Assembly: GCA_963662335.2 (NCBI GenBank)
Contig: CAXXVD010000002.1
Span: 544,001 to 608,000, forward strand
Length of the DNA: 64,000 nucleotides
Direction of reading: 5' to 3'
Source: Chloroflexota bacterium
Lineage (GTDB): Bacteria > Chloroflexota > UBA11872 > VXOZ01
Shown: one piece after another, positions 54,596 to 63,905 of the stretch
How positions within the stretch are numbered: the stretch's first letter is position 1
Layout of the letters: each line of letters opens with the position of its first letter
Position numbers and translations under genes: made by a program
The notes under the pieces: model-generated
What the model was told of the DNA's origin: nothing
Database searches by the model: none
Seen by the model: only the letters and a program-made list of their open reading frames with translations

Positions 54596-56704
54596 ATGCG
54601 TGGACTGAGAAAATCTCATTTGGGGCTACTGCTGGCGGTACTGGCGGCGATTTGGCTCACGTTGACGTCTGCCGGCACGATTTCCGCGCTGGAGCTTGAC
54701 CCCAAGCTGTCGTACACCATCGACCCCCGCAATCAGCGGGTGCCGTCGCCGCTGCCGTACATCTTCGAGAAGGAGATCAACGGCATCCACCTGCCCACGG
54801 GCGCGTTCAAGGAGCCTTCCGACTTGTTCCTCGACTACGAGGAACGCTTGTGGCTCGCCGACACCGGCAACGACCGGGTGCTGCGCTTTACGAAGACCGG
54901 CGAGTACCTGATGGAAATCAGCAACTTGAGCAAGCCGGAAGGCGTGTACGTTGACCCGGACGGCAACATCTTCATCGCGGATACGGGCAATAACCGCATT
55001 CTGCGGCTCGACCCGGAAGGCAACTTCGTCGATGAGTTCTTCAAGCCGGAAACGACCCTCATCCCGATAGACCACACCTTCGCGCCCAGCAAGCTGGTGG
55101 TAGACCGCAGCGGACGCATCTACACCCTGGAGGCGGGGAGCAACCTGGGCATCATCGTGCTCGACGGCGAGGGCAATTTCCGCGGTTTCTTTGGCGCGAC
55201 GCGCCTTGACTTCAGCCTGCGCCGCCTGATTGTCAGTATGTTCGCGACGCAAGAGCAGCGGCGCAAGATCTTCTTGCCGCAGCCTACGCCGCACTCCAAC
55301 CTCTTCCTCTCCGACGACGGCTTCCTCTACACGGTCGTGGCGACGGCGGTGAAGGACCAGCTTCAAAAGCTGAGCCCGGTGGGCGTGAACGTCTACCCGC
55401 ACTCCACGTCGGTGGCAATCTACATGCGCTTCTTCAAGGAAGATTCGCTGAAGTTCTACGGCGAACGAGAGGGAGCGGGCCGGCGCACCCAATTCCCGCG
55501 CTTCTCGGACGTCAACGTGAATGACGCGGGCATCATTACGGTCGTCGACGCCAATTCGGCAAAGGTGTATCAGTACGACCAAGACGGCGAGCCGTTACTG
55601 GCGTTCGGCGGACGCGGCGTACAGCAGGGCCAGCTTGGCTACCCGACCAGCGTGGTAACGGATGACGAGGGTTCCCTCTACATCCTGGATGCGATTCGCA
55701 ACAACATCCAAGTGTATCGTCCCACGCTCTTTGCGCGGTTGGTGCACTCCGCGAGCAAGTTCTACTGGGACGGGCGCTACGATGAGGCCGCCAACCTCTG
55801 GCAGCAAGTCCTCAAGCTGGACGCCAACATGTACCTGGCCCACAGCGCGCTCGGCAAGGCGCTCTACCGCCAGGAGCGCTACGACGACGCGATGGTGGAG
55901 TATTTCCGGGGCTACGACAAGACTGAGTACGCGAAAGCATACTCCGAGGCGCGTTACCTGTGGATGCGCGCCAACTTTGGCTTGTTCATGCTCTACCTGT
56001 TCTTGGGTATCGGCGCAATCATCGTTATCCCGCGCGGCACGCGCCGCGTGTTCGAGCTTGGCTTCCGGCGCGGGATTCTGAAACGAGAGAGCACCTGGTA
56101 CAAGATCTACCGCCAGGGCGCGGGGGTCCTGCGGGACCCGATGGAGACCTTCTGGGCATTGCGCGAAGATTCAACATGGTGGACGGTATGGACCATGCTC
56201 GCGCTGGCCATCCTCGTGCGCATGTTGACGCTCAATACGGTCAGCTTCCACTTCTCCTCGATCGACCCTGAGGACATCAACTTCGTGCTGGAAGTGTCGC
56301 GTATCGCGGTGCCGTACCTGGTCTGGGTGATTGCGAACTACGGCGTGAGCGCGATCTTCTACGGCGAAGGTTCGCCCAAGGTTGTCGCCGCCACCACGGC
56401 CTACTGCCTGCTGCCCTACATCCTCATCGCGCTGCCGTTGGCGCTGGTTTCGAACGTGCTGACCACCGATGAGAGCGCGCTGTACGGTTTCGCGCAGACG
56501 GCCATGTACTGGTGGATGGGCGTGCTCATCTATTTGCAAGTGAAGGTGGTGCACGACTTCGAGTTCAAGCGCGCCGCGGGCGTGAGTTTCTTGAACGTGT
56601 TGGGCATGGTTGCAATCTTCGGCATCTCCGCCCTTAGCTACTTCATGTCGTCGCGGGTGATCCGCTTCCTCTGGGAGGTTATCTATGAAGTTGTCACTCG
56701 CTAG
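54596..56704 (+). CDS. NHL-repeat beta-propeller + TPR + Yip1-like membrane domain protein
   Basis: Signal peptide; P.DLF.D…W.ADTGNDRV and PEGVYVD.DGNIFIADTGNNRI repeats; TPR YDEAANLWQQVLKLDAN…A…GKALY; single TM then about 5 TMs. Confidence 0.85.
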   Translation: MRGLRKSHLGLLLAVLAAIWLTLTSAGTISALELDPKLSYTIDPRNQRVPSPLPYIFEKEINGIHLPTGAFKEPSDLFLDYEERLWLADTGNDRVLRFTKTGEYLMEISNLSKPEGVYVDPDGNIFIADTGNNRILRLDPEGNFVDEFFKPETTLIPIDHTFAPSKLVVDRSGRIYTLEAGSNLGIIVLDGEGNFRGFFGATRLDFSLRRLIVSMFATQEQRRKIFLPQPTPHSNLFLSDDGFLYTVVATAVKDQLQKLSPVGVNVYPHSTSVAIYMRFFKEDSLKFYGEREGAGRRTQFPRFSDVNVNDAGIITVVDANSAKVYQYDQDGEPLLAFGGRGVQQGQLGYPTSVVTDDEGSLYILDAIRNNIQVYRPTLFARLVHSASKFYWDGRYDEAANLWQQVLKLDANMYLAHSALGKALYRQERYDDAMVEYFRGYDKTEYAKAYSEARYLWMRANFGLFMLYLFLGIGAIIVIPRGTRRVFELGFRRGILKRESTWYKIYRQGAGVLRDPMETFWALREDSTWWTVWTMLALAILVRMLTLNTVSFHFSSIDPEDINFVLEVSRIAVPYLVWVIANYGVSAIFYGEGSPKVVAATTAYCLLPYILIALPLALVSNVLTTDESALYGFAQTAMYWWMGVLIYLQVKVVHDFEFKRAAGVSFLNVLGMVAIFGISALSYFMSSRVIRFLWEVIYEVVTR

Positions 56705-59135
56705 AGGGTGGCGTTTCGCGCAGTATCTCGTACCCCTGCTGCTCTGCTTTGCCATATTGCCCATCACGCCGCTTGCGGCCGCTACGACCGCGGATCCGGC
56801 GAAGGAACTGGGGCCCCAGTTCGAGTTGGTGACGGAAGTAGAGCACCTGTCGCTCTTTCTGAATAAAGAGAACTCGCAACTGGCGGTCTTCGACGACCGG
56901 GAGAATGGGCGGCTGTGGCGCAGTTCGCCGATTCTCGAGAACCCGGAAGCGGTTTCCGATTCCATCAAAGCCCGGCTCAATTCGGTTGTCATCGTCGAAT
57001 ACACCGACAAGGTGCGCACCCAGACGCGCGTGGCCGACATCATCTCCGACATGCCGCGCATGACGTACGAGCCGATTGAGAACGGCATCCGGGTGGATTA
57101 CCTCTTCGAGGAACTGAGTATCGGCTTTACGATCGACTACCGGCTGCAGGACGACCGCCTGATCGTCTTCGTTGACGAGGATACCATTCGGGAGACGGAA
57201 GAGCGCCTGCTGGTAACGTTGGACGTGCTGCCGTTCCTGGGGGCCGCGACGAATGAAGAGAAGGGCTACCTCTTCGTGCCAGACGGCCCCGGCGCTATCG
57301 TGCACTTCCGGCCGGAGCAGCCGGAGTACCGGCACAACTTCCTGGCTGAAGTCTACGGGCCGGCGCTATTCTCCTTTGAGCCGGAGCAGCAGCAGGGACC
57401 GATTCCGGTGCCGGTCTTCGGTCTGGTGCGGGGCAGTTCGGCGTTTACGGGAATTGTGACCCAGGGCGATATGGACGTGAACATCAGCGCGGCGTTGAGC
57501 TACACCGCGCTGGGCTACAATCGCATTTCCGGCCAGTTCATCTTCCGGCGCAAGGCGCCGTTCCCGTTGCGGCGGGCGTCGTTTGTGACGCGCTTCGAGC
57601 AGGAGCGCGTGGAGGGCGATCGTGAGTTAAAGTACGCCTTCTTGCGCGGCTACGACGCAACGTACGTGGGCATGGCCAAGGTCTACCGCGAATACCTGAT
57701 GGCCGACCGGGGCATGCAGAAGCTCGCCGAAGCCAACCCGTTCTTGCATCTCCGCATCTTCATGGCCATGCAGCGCCAAGCGTTCCCGCGCGACCAGTTC
57801 ATCACCATGACCACGTTCGACGAGGCGTTGGGGATGCTCAAGACGCTCAAGGAAGAGCGCGGCCTGGAGAATCTCCGGGTGACGCTGGTGGGCTGGAGCA
57901 CCGACGGGTACGATTGGTCGCTCCCCAAGCGCTTGCCCCCCGAGGGGCGCCTTGGCGGTGAGGAAGGACTGCGCGCCGTCGCGAACTACGCGAACGCGAA
58001 TAGCATCCCTCTCTATCTGGAGGACAACTACCTCTTCGGATTCAGGAATCTCGACTCCTTCCTTCTGTTCAATCCGCTCACGGACGTAATTCGCGGCGCG
58101 AACCGCTTGCCGATTACGACGAACTACGTCGGCTTCAAGCGGAAAGAGGATGAGCCGCATACCGAGGTGCAACTGCTGCGTCCCGAGATCGCCCGCGACC
58201 GCTACGCGGTCGATGACATTGCGAAGATGCGAGACTACGGTGTTTCCGGTGTTGAGTTCCGCTTCTTTGGCAAGGTGGCGCTCAACCACTACCCAATCCT
58301 CTTTTCCGGTCGCTCGTCGTTCCTTGTGGGCTTGCGGCTGGTTGCGCTGGCGGCGTTTGCCTTGATAGGGCTCTACATCGTCTTGATTGGGACCCGGCGC
58401 CCCGGCGACGCGATACTCGGCCAGCTTGTCGGCGGCGCGTTGTGGCGGCCGATTGCTACGGTGGCGCTGCTGGTGGTGCTGGGGGCAGGCGCATTCTTGG
58501 AAATCCGGAATGCGCAGCAGCCGGTCGACACGACACAGGGCGGCACGAAGTTGAGCCGGGAGGACTTCGTAAACGTCTGGAAGGATATTCTCGAAATCAG
58601 CAAGGAAGAGACCGGCACGGCCGTCGTGCAGGGCGCCAACGCCTACATGCTTGATTCGACTGACTTCTTCACGCGCGTCCCGTTAGACCGCTATAACTAC
58701 GTGTTTAGCGAGGAGACCGTGCCCTTCTTCCCGTTGGCGGTGCACGGGCTGGTGCGGTACACGGGTGATGAGAGCAATCTGCGCAGCGACCGCGATGAGT
58801 TCTTGCGCGCAATTGAGTACGGCGCGCTGCCGACGTTCGAGCTTACGTCGAACCCCAGCGTTTTGCTCACCCGCACCCAGTACAACCGCCTCTACTCCTC
58901 GCGTTTTGCCGATTGGGAGCCGCAAATCGTCGATGAGTACGAACTCTTCATTCGGCAGTTGGGCTATACGGTCAATCTGCTTATGGAAGACCATAGGCAG
59001 TTAGCCGAAAACGTCTATGAAACCGTCTACGAGGACGGCACGCGCGTAATCGTAAACTACCATACGAGCCGCTATTCCGATGGGGAATTTGCGGTTGAGG
59101 GCCAGAACTATCTGATTATTCCGCCGCGGAGGTAA
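56685..59135 (+). CDS. DUF5696-like secreted protein (putative glycoside-hydrolase-like barrel) with internal two-TM insert
   Basis: Signal peptide; LWRSSP, VLPFLGA…GYLFVPDGPGA, PVFG, YVGMAKVYREYL, MTTFDEA, GW..DG, LGG..G, VPF..LAVHG.V.Y, LRAIEYGA.P, YEDGT.V.VNY. Confidence 0.75.
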   Translation: MKLSLARGWRFAQYLVPLLLCFAILPITPLAAATTADPAKELGPQFELVTEVEHLSLFLNKENSQLAVFDDRENGRLWRSSPILENPEAVSDSIKARLNSVVIVEYTDKVRTQTRVADIISDMPRMTYEPIENGIRVDYLFEELSIGFTIDYRLQDDRLIVFVDEDTIRETEERLLVTLDVLPFLGAATNEEKGYLFVPDGPGAIVHFRPEQPEYRHNFLAEVYGPALFSFEPEQQQGPIPVPVFGLVRGSSAFTGIVTQGDMDVNISAALSYTALGYNRISGQFIFRRKAPFPLRRASFVTRFEQERVEGDRELKYAFLRGYDATYVGMAKVYREYLMADRGMQKLAEANPFLHLRIFMAMQRQAFPRDQFITMTTFDEALGMLKTLKEERGLENLRVTLVGWSTDGYDWSLPKRLPPEGRLGGEEGLRAVANYANANSIPLYLEDNYLFGFRNLDSFLLFNPLTDVIRGANRLPITTNYVGFKRKEDEPHTEVQLLRPEIARDRYAVDDIAKMRDYGVSGVEFRFFGKVALNHYPILFSGRSSFLVGLRLVALAAFALIGLYIVLIGTRRPGDAILGQLVGGALWRPIATVALLVVLGAGAFLEIRNAQQPVDTTQGGTKLSREDFVNVWKDILEISKEETGTAVVQGANAYMLDSTDFFTRVPLDRYNYVFSEETVPFFPLAVHGLVRYTGDESNLRSDRDEFLRAIEYGALPTFELTSNPSVLLTRTQYNRLYSSRFADWEPQIVDEYELFIRQLGYTVNLLMEDHRQLAENVYETVYEDGTRVIVNYHTSRYSDGEFAVEGQNYLIIPPRR

Positions 59136-59140
59136 CGGCC

Positions 59141-60115
59141 ATGCAATTCGAAGATAACTTTACGTGGGTAATCCTGCTCACGGGGTTGGCGTTCGTCGTG
59201 CCGGCGTGCATCCTGTCGATTCGCGTAATCCTGTCGGCCGTGGGCGTGCACCTGACCTACCGCTTCCAACGCGCGATGGACGGCTACTTCTACATCAGCA
59301 CGTGGATAGTGGGCTTCTTGATCTTCTTGGCGTGGCCACTCTTCCAATCGCTCTACGTCAGCTTCCACAACGTGAAGATCACCAGTTCCGAACTCAAGCT
59401 GACATTCATCGGGTGGGAAAACTACGCGGAACCCTTCTTGGAGGACATCCACTTCTTGCCGCTGTTCACCAAGACGGTGGCCAATTTGCTCACCGACCTG
59501 CCGATCATCCTGGTGTTCTCGCTGTTCGTATCGATTCTGGTGGTGCAGGACCTGCCGGGGCGCGGCGTGTTCCGCATGTTGCTCTTCATGCCGGTGGTGA
59601 TTGGCTCCGCGATTGTCATTCGCCGCCTTTTCGGCGAAGGGGTGAGCACCGAGGCGATTGGCGTCAGCGTCCAGACGCTGAGCGAGGTGGTCTTTACCTA
59701 CCTGCAGGGCACGATTGCCGACTGGGTGCTGGACTTGGTGAACCGGGTAACCCTGGTGCTCTGGCGCACCGGCGTGCAAATCCTCATCTTCGTGGCCGGA
59801 CTCCACAGCGTGCCCATCACGATGCGCGAGGCCGCCAAGACCGACGGCGCGTCCGGCTGGCAGATCTTCTGGCGGATTACGCTGCCTATGCTTTCGCCCG
59901 TGATTTTGGTCAACGTCGTGTACACCATCGTGGATTCCTTTACCGACAACTTCAACCAGGTGCTGACCTACATTCAGACCGTAGGCTTGACCCGGGACTT
60001 CCGTCTCGGCTACGCGGCGGCTTTGGGCTGGATGTACTTCGCCTCTATCTTCATCATCATGGGGATAGCCATCGTGATTTCAAGCCGCTTCGTGTTCTAC
60101 GCCGGTGAACGCTAG
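59141..60115 (+). CDS. Carbohydrate ABC transporter permease (MalF type) with extra N-terminal TM
   Basis: WIVGFLIF..WPLFQSL..SF, IGWENY, LWRTGVQILIFVAGL, EAAKTDGASGW..FWRITLP, YTIVDSF. Confidence 0.93.
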   Translation: MQFEDNFTWVILLTGLAFVVPACILSIRVILSAVGVHLTYRFQRAMDGYFYISTWIVGFLIFLAWPLFQSLYVSFHNVKITSSELKLTFIGWENYAEPFLEDIHFLPLFTKTVANLLTDLPIILVFSLFVSILVVQDLPGRGVFRMLLFMPVVIGSAIVIRRLFGEGVSTEAIGVSVQTLSEVVFTYLQGTIADWVLDLVNRVTLVLWRTGVQILIFVAGLHSVPITMREAAKTDGASGWQIFWRITLPMLSPVILVNVVYTIVDSFTDNFNQVLTYIQTVGLTRDFRLGYAAALGWMYFASIFIIMGIAIVISSRFVFYAGER

Positions 60116-60129
60116 GGAGTACCTTGGGC

Positions 60130-61068
60130 ATGGCAGATTCAGTATTCGTCATTCGGCAGCGCCGCGGGATACTGGGCGCGCTTACCTCACGCAAGTGGTG
60201 GGAGCATGCCTTCCTGCGCATCGCCACCTACATCATTCTCATCAACGTCTGCTTCGTCTTCCTGTTCCCCGTCATCTACATGTTCTCAACCTCGCTGAAG
60301 ACGGTGGCGGACCTGGCAGACCTGACGGTATTGTGGATTCCCCGCACCTTCTTCTGGCGGAACTATGAGCTCGCCATCAGCGGCATGCTCTACTGGCAGG
60401 CGGCCAGGAACAGCATCATCATTTCGGTCGGTTCGGCGGTCTTGCAGACGGTAGCGTGTTCGTTCGTGGCCTATGGCTTTGCGCGCATCCCGTTCCCGGG
60501 GCGCGACGTGCTCTTCATGCTCGTGCTCTTTACGTTCCTGGTGCCGCCGCAGACGATTATCGTGCCGCTCTTCATCCTGTACCGCAACCTCGGGTTCATG
60601 GATACCTACTTCCCGTTCCTGATCCCGGCGCTCTTCGGACACGGCCTGCGGGGCGCGCTCTTCATCCTGGTGTTCCGGCAATTCTTCCGCAATCTGCCGT
60701 ATGAATTGGAGGATGCCGCCCGTATTGACGGCGCGGGGCCGTTCAGCGTCTACTGGCGTATCATGCTGCCATTGGCGGCGCCGGCGATCATCGTCGTCTT
60801 CCTCTTCTCGTTGGTATGGCATTGGAACGACTTCTTCGAGCCGACGATCTACCTCTTCGACCAGAACAACTTCACCCTGCCGTTGCGCCTCTCCATCTTG
60901 AGCGCGGCGCTCTTGCAGATGTTGGCCGGTCAAGGCGCGGGTGACGAGTTCAACGAGGCCGTGATCATGGCGGCGTCCTTCCTGACCGTTAGCCCGCCGT
61001 TGATAGTCTACCTCTTTACGCAGCGCTATTTCGTGGAGAGCGTCGACCGTACGGGCTTGGTGGAATAA
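60130..61068 (+). CDS. Carbohydrate ABC transporter permease (MalG type)
   Basis: YGFARIPFPGR, VPPQT, FRQFFRNLP.ELEDAARIDGA, WHWND, QRYFVES. Confidence 0.94.
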   Translation: MADSVFVIRQRRGILGALTSRKWWEHAFLRIATYIILINVCFVFLFPVIYMFSTSLKTVADLADLTVLWIPRTFFWRNYELAISGMLYWQAARNSIIISVGSAVLQTVACSFVAYGFARIPFPGRDVLFMLVLFTFLVPPQTIIVPLFILYRNLGFMDTYFPFLIPALFGHGLRGALFILVFRQFFRNLPYELEDAARIDGAGPFSVYWRIMLPLAAPAIIVVFLFSLVWHWNDFFEPTIYLFDQNNFTLPLRLSILSAALLQMLAGQGAGDEFNEAVIMAASFLTVSPPLIVYLFTQRYFVESVDRTGLVE

Positions 61069-61328
61069 CTGCGTCTTCCGCCCGTGGGGGCGCCCGCTTT
61101 CTAGCGGGTAGGCTAGCCTGGGCGCTCGTGCCGGCGGCTTGGCACGTCGGTGCCGTGATTCCCCAATTCAGATTATGGCGCGTGCGGCGTGTAGGCGGGA
61201 ATCTCGCGCGCGGTTCGCGCGTGCTCTGTCTGTCTTCCTCTTTGCCGGTATCCAGCCGTGACATTCCGCTACAACCGGCATCCGGCAGCTTTCACGGGCC
61301 TGAGAGAGCGGTATAGCCGTTCAATTCG

Positions 61329-62330
61329 ATGGGCATGCACCCGTACAAGTACCACTCCCGCACCACGCCGCCGCGCAAGCGGCGGCCGTCGTTTCGCGCC
61401 TGGGTGATTGCGATGGTGCTGGTGCTGGCGGGAATCACGATCTACACGCGGCTTGCGCCGGATACCGCGGAGCCCACGATTACGCTGGTTGAGAGCACAC
61501 CGGTGCCGGCCGCGGAGACGGTGGAGGCAGTTGCGCCGCCGCCCGCGCACTTCTCCTACGCTTGGCTAGAAGCCAATCCGCCCGCACCGCTGGCGGGCAT
61601 CGCGGCGGAAGCCGTTTTTCTGGTGGATCTTTCGACGCGTACCGTGCTGTACGCGGTCAACGAACACGAGCGGCGCGCGCCTGCGAGCACCACGAAAATC
61701 CTTACCGCCGTCGTCGTGCTGGAGAACAGCGAGCCGGCGCAAGAGGTGGTCGTGTCGCAACGGGCGGGAAGCGCAGAGCCTAACGTGATGGGGCTGAAAT
61801 CCGGTGAGGTAGTGCCGATAGAGATTCTGCTCTACGGCATGATGCTCGATTCTGGGAACGACGCCGCGATCGCCGTTGCCGAGGGCACGTTCGGCTATGA
61901 GGCGTTCGTAGACCGCATGAACGCCAAGGTGCGGGAACTGGGTTTGCAGAATACGGAGTTCAGCAATCCCACCGGCTACGACGAAGACGTGCTGCCCCAC
62001 TACTCGTCGGCCTACGACCTGGCGGTGATCGCCAAGTATGCCCTGGAGTGGACTCCCGCCATCATCACCTACGCCGGTACCAAGAACATACAGTTCACGG
62101 CCACGCAGAAGCACGGCTGGTACGGGCCGGGAAACCTCAACCGCCTGCTCTGGACGTACACAGGGGTCTATGGCCTCAAGCCGGGGTATACGCCGGACGC
62201 GGGCTACTGCCTGGTGGCGGTCGCCGAACGCGGGGGACGGCACGTGCTGGCCGTGGTGCTGGGCTCCACGCAGCACTTTACCGACGCCGCTATCCTGCTC
62301 GACTATGGGTTTGCGCGCGCGTCGGACTAG
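61329..62330 (+). CDS. D-alanyl-D-alanine carboxypeptidase (peptidase S11)
   Basis: PASTTKI (SxxK), SGNDAA (SxN), NT.FSNPTG, YSSAYDLA, LKPGYT (KTG variant); N-terminal TM anchor. Confidence 0.9.
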   Translation: MGMHPYKYHSRTTPPRKRRPSFRAWVIAMVLVLAGITIYTRLAPDTAEPTITLVESTPVPAAETVEAVAPPPAHFSYAWLEANPPAPLAGIAAEAVFLVDLSTRTVLYAVNEHERRAPASTTKILTAVVVLENSEPAQEVVVSQRAGSAEPNVMGLKSGEVVPIEILLYGMMLDSGNDAAIAVAEGTFGYEAFVDRMNAKVRELGLQNTEFSNPTGYDEDVLPHYSSAYDLAVIAKYALEWTPAIITYAGTKNIQFTATQKHGWYGPGNLNRLLWTYTGVYGLKPGYTPDAGYCLVAVAERGGRHVLAVVLGSTQHFTDAAILLDYGFARASD

Positions 62331-63397
62331 CCGTCATCGTCTTCTTCACAGGCGTGAATGCGGATGCTGCCGCCGCTGCTGCGCAGTTGCAGCTTGGCCG
62401 TGCCCGTGCCCAGGTCGCCGGTGTACTGGCCCGTGCCGTAGCGATTGCGCGCCTCGCCCGTGGCGCCGGGCAGGTTGACGTCCACGCCGCCGCCGGAGGC
62501 GGCAGCCTCGATGGAGACGGTGGAGTTCTGGTCCAGCACGAGCATCACGCCGCCGCCGGCGCTCTCCACGTGGTGCTCGCCCTCTTGCAGCAGCGCGTGG
62601 TTGATATTCACACTGCCGCCCGCGGACTTTACGTTGAGCGCGCCCACCTTGCCGAGAATCGAGACCGCGCCGCCCGCGGCGACCGCCTGGAGCGACGGCG
62701 TATCGCCCAAGACCCCAATCGTGCCACCCGCCGACTCCAGATTGAGCGCGCCGGTAACCCCGTTGAGCTGGAGGGAGCCGCCGGAGACCGCGATGTCCAG
62801 AGGCGGCGTCAGGTTGCGGCCCGCCATGCTGCCGCCTGCGACGCGACAGTTCAAGGAACGTACGGGCGGCAGGCGCAGGGTGACGTTGGGCACGCCGGCC
62901 CAGACCGCGTTGGCGTAGACCGAGAGCACGTACGCGTCGTCCAACTTGAGCACGGACCACTCCCAATCGTGGCCCTCCCGGTCGAAGCTGACCTGCGCCT
63001 CGCCTGGAGCCTCCTCGATAGTGAGCGAGCTGCCCTCGACGTCGACTGCCATGGCGGCGTCGGGTGGGATGCTGAAAGATTGGTCCTGCACGTCTACCGG
63101 CGTGTAGCCTTGCTCCTCGCGCTGCCGTTTGCGCTTGAGCCCGCGCAGGGGCACGCGGATGCTGTTGCCGCGCGGAATGTCGGTGACCGCGCGCGAGATG
63201 CGCTGTTCTACCTTGGAAAGCGTTTCGCCGAGTGAGCGCTCGACTTCCTCCCACCAGTTGCCTTCCAGAATTGAGGAGAACCCGCGATTGTCCCGGTCGC
63301 TGCCGTTGCGGACCGCGCCCAGCAGGCGTTCGGCATCCTCGACCGTGATCTTGCCTTCGCGCAGCATTTCGAGTATCAAGCGTTCTTCCGCGCCCAT
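62327..63397 (-). CDS. SHOCT-like N-terminus + DUF4097 (adhesin-like beta-repeat) protein
   Basis: EERLILEMLREGKITVEDAERLL; repeated S/AGG.V.I/V beta-solenoid units; ends LRSSGGSIRI. Confidence 0.8.
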   Translation of the reverse strand: MGAEERLILEMLREGKITVEDAERLLGAVRNGSDRDNRGFSSILEGNWWEEVERSLGETLSKVEQRISRAVTDIPRGNSIRVPLRGLKRKRQREEQGYTPVDVQDQSFSIPPDAAMAVDVEGSSLTIEEAPGEAQVSFDREGHDWEWSVLKLDDAYVLSVYANAVWAGVPNVTLRLPPVRSLNCRVAGGSMAGRNLTPPLDIAVSGGSLQLNGVTGALNLESAGGTIGVLGDTPSLQAVAAGGAVSILGKVGALNVKSAGGSVNINHALLQEGEHHVESAGGGVMLVLDQNSTVSIEAAASGGGVDVNLPGATGEARNRYGTGQYTGDLGTGTAKLQLRSSGGSIRIHACEEDDDG

Positions 63398-63401
63398 TGT
63401 G

Positions 63402-63803
63402 CTACTCCCTCTCCGCCATGCGGCGCAAGGCCTCTTCCACGCTGAGCGCGCCGCTCTCCACTTCCTGCAGCGTCTGCAAGCGCTCGGCTTGGAGTGAAGC
63501 CTCGTTGCCGGCCGGCTTATGGCCGAGTTGGCTGATGATTTCCTCCAGGCGCGCGCGCACCGTTGGGTATGAGACGCCGAGTTCTTTCTGCACCTCGCTC
63601 ATGTTGCCGCGGGCGACCAGAAAGATCTCGACGAAGCGTTGTTGCTCCGTGGAGAGACGGTTGAACGGATTGAGATGGAACTCGCCCTCCAGCGCCACGC
63701 CGCACGAGGAACAGCGCAGTCGCTGCACGGTGAGTTCGCTCGAGCATACGGGGCAGCGCCCAAGCACTTCCGGTGTTTGGGGATTGCCCAAAATGTTGCG
63801 CAT
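63402..63803 (-). CDS. DUF2089 family protein (Zn ribbon + HTH + SHOCT)
   Basis: CPVC…L.C..C…EGEF; F..L..EQ..F…F….GNMSEVQKELGVSYPTVRARL; GGGAGG RBS. Confidence 0.9.
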   Translation of the reverse strand: MRNILGNPQTPEVLGRCPVCSSELTVQRLRCSSCGVALEGEFHLNPFNRLSTEQQRFVEIFLVARGNMSEVQKELGVSYPTVRARLEEIISQLGHKPAGNEASLQAERLQTLQEVESGALSVEEALRRMAERE

Positions 63804-63833
63804 GGCACGCCTCCCAGTGAACTGACTAAAGTA

Positions 63834-63905
63834 TTCTAATCTGTATCTTTAGAAAATATAGCAGATGGCGTGGAAGTTGTCAACAGATGGATACAGGAAT
63901 TAGAA
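63834..63905 (-). promoter_or_regulatory. Sigma70 promoter (TTGACA-17-TATATT, extended -10) flanked by an inverted repeat
   Basis: -35 at 63878-63883 and -10 at 63855-63860; arms TTCTAATCTGTATC (63834-63847) and GATACAGGAATTAGAA (63890-63905). Confidence 0.75.
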
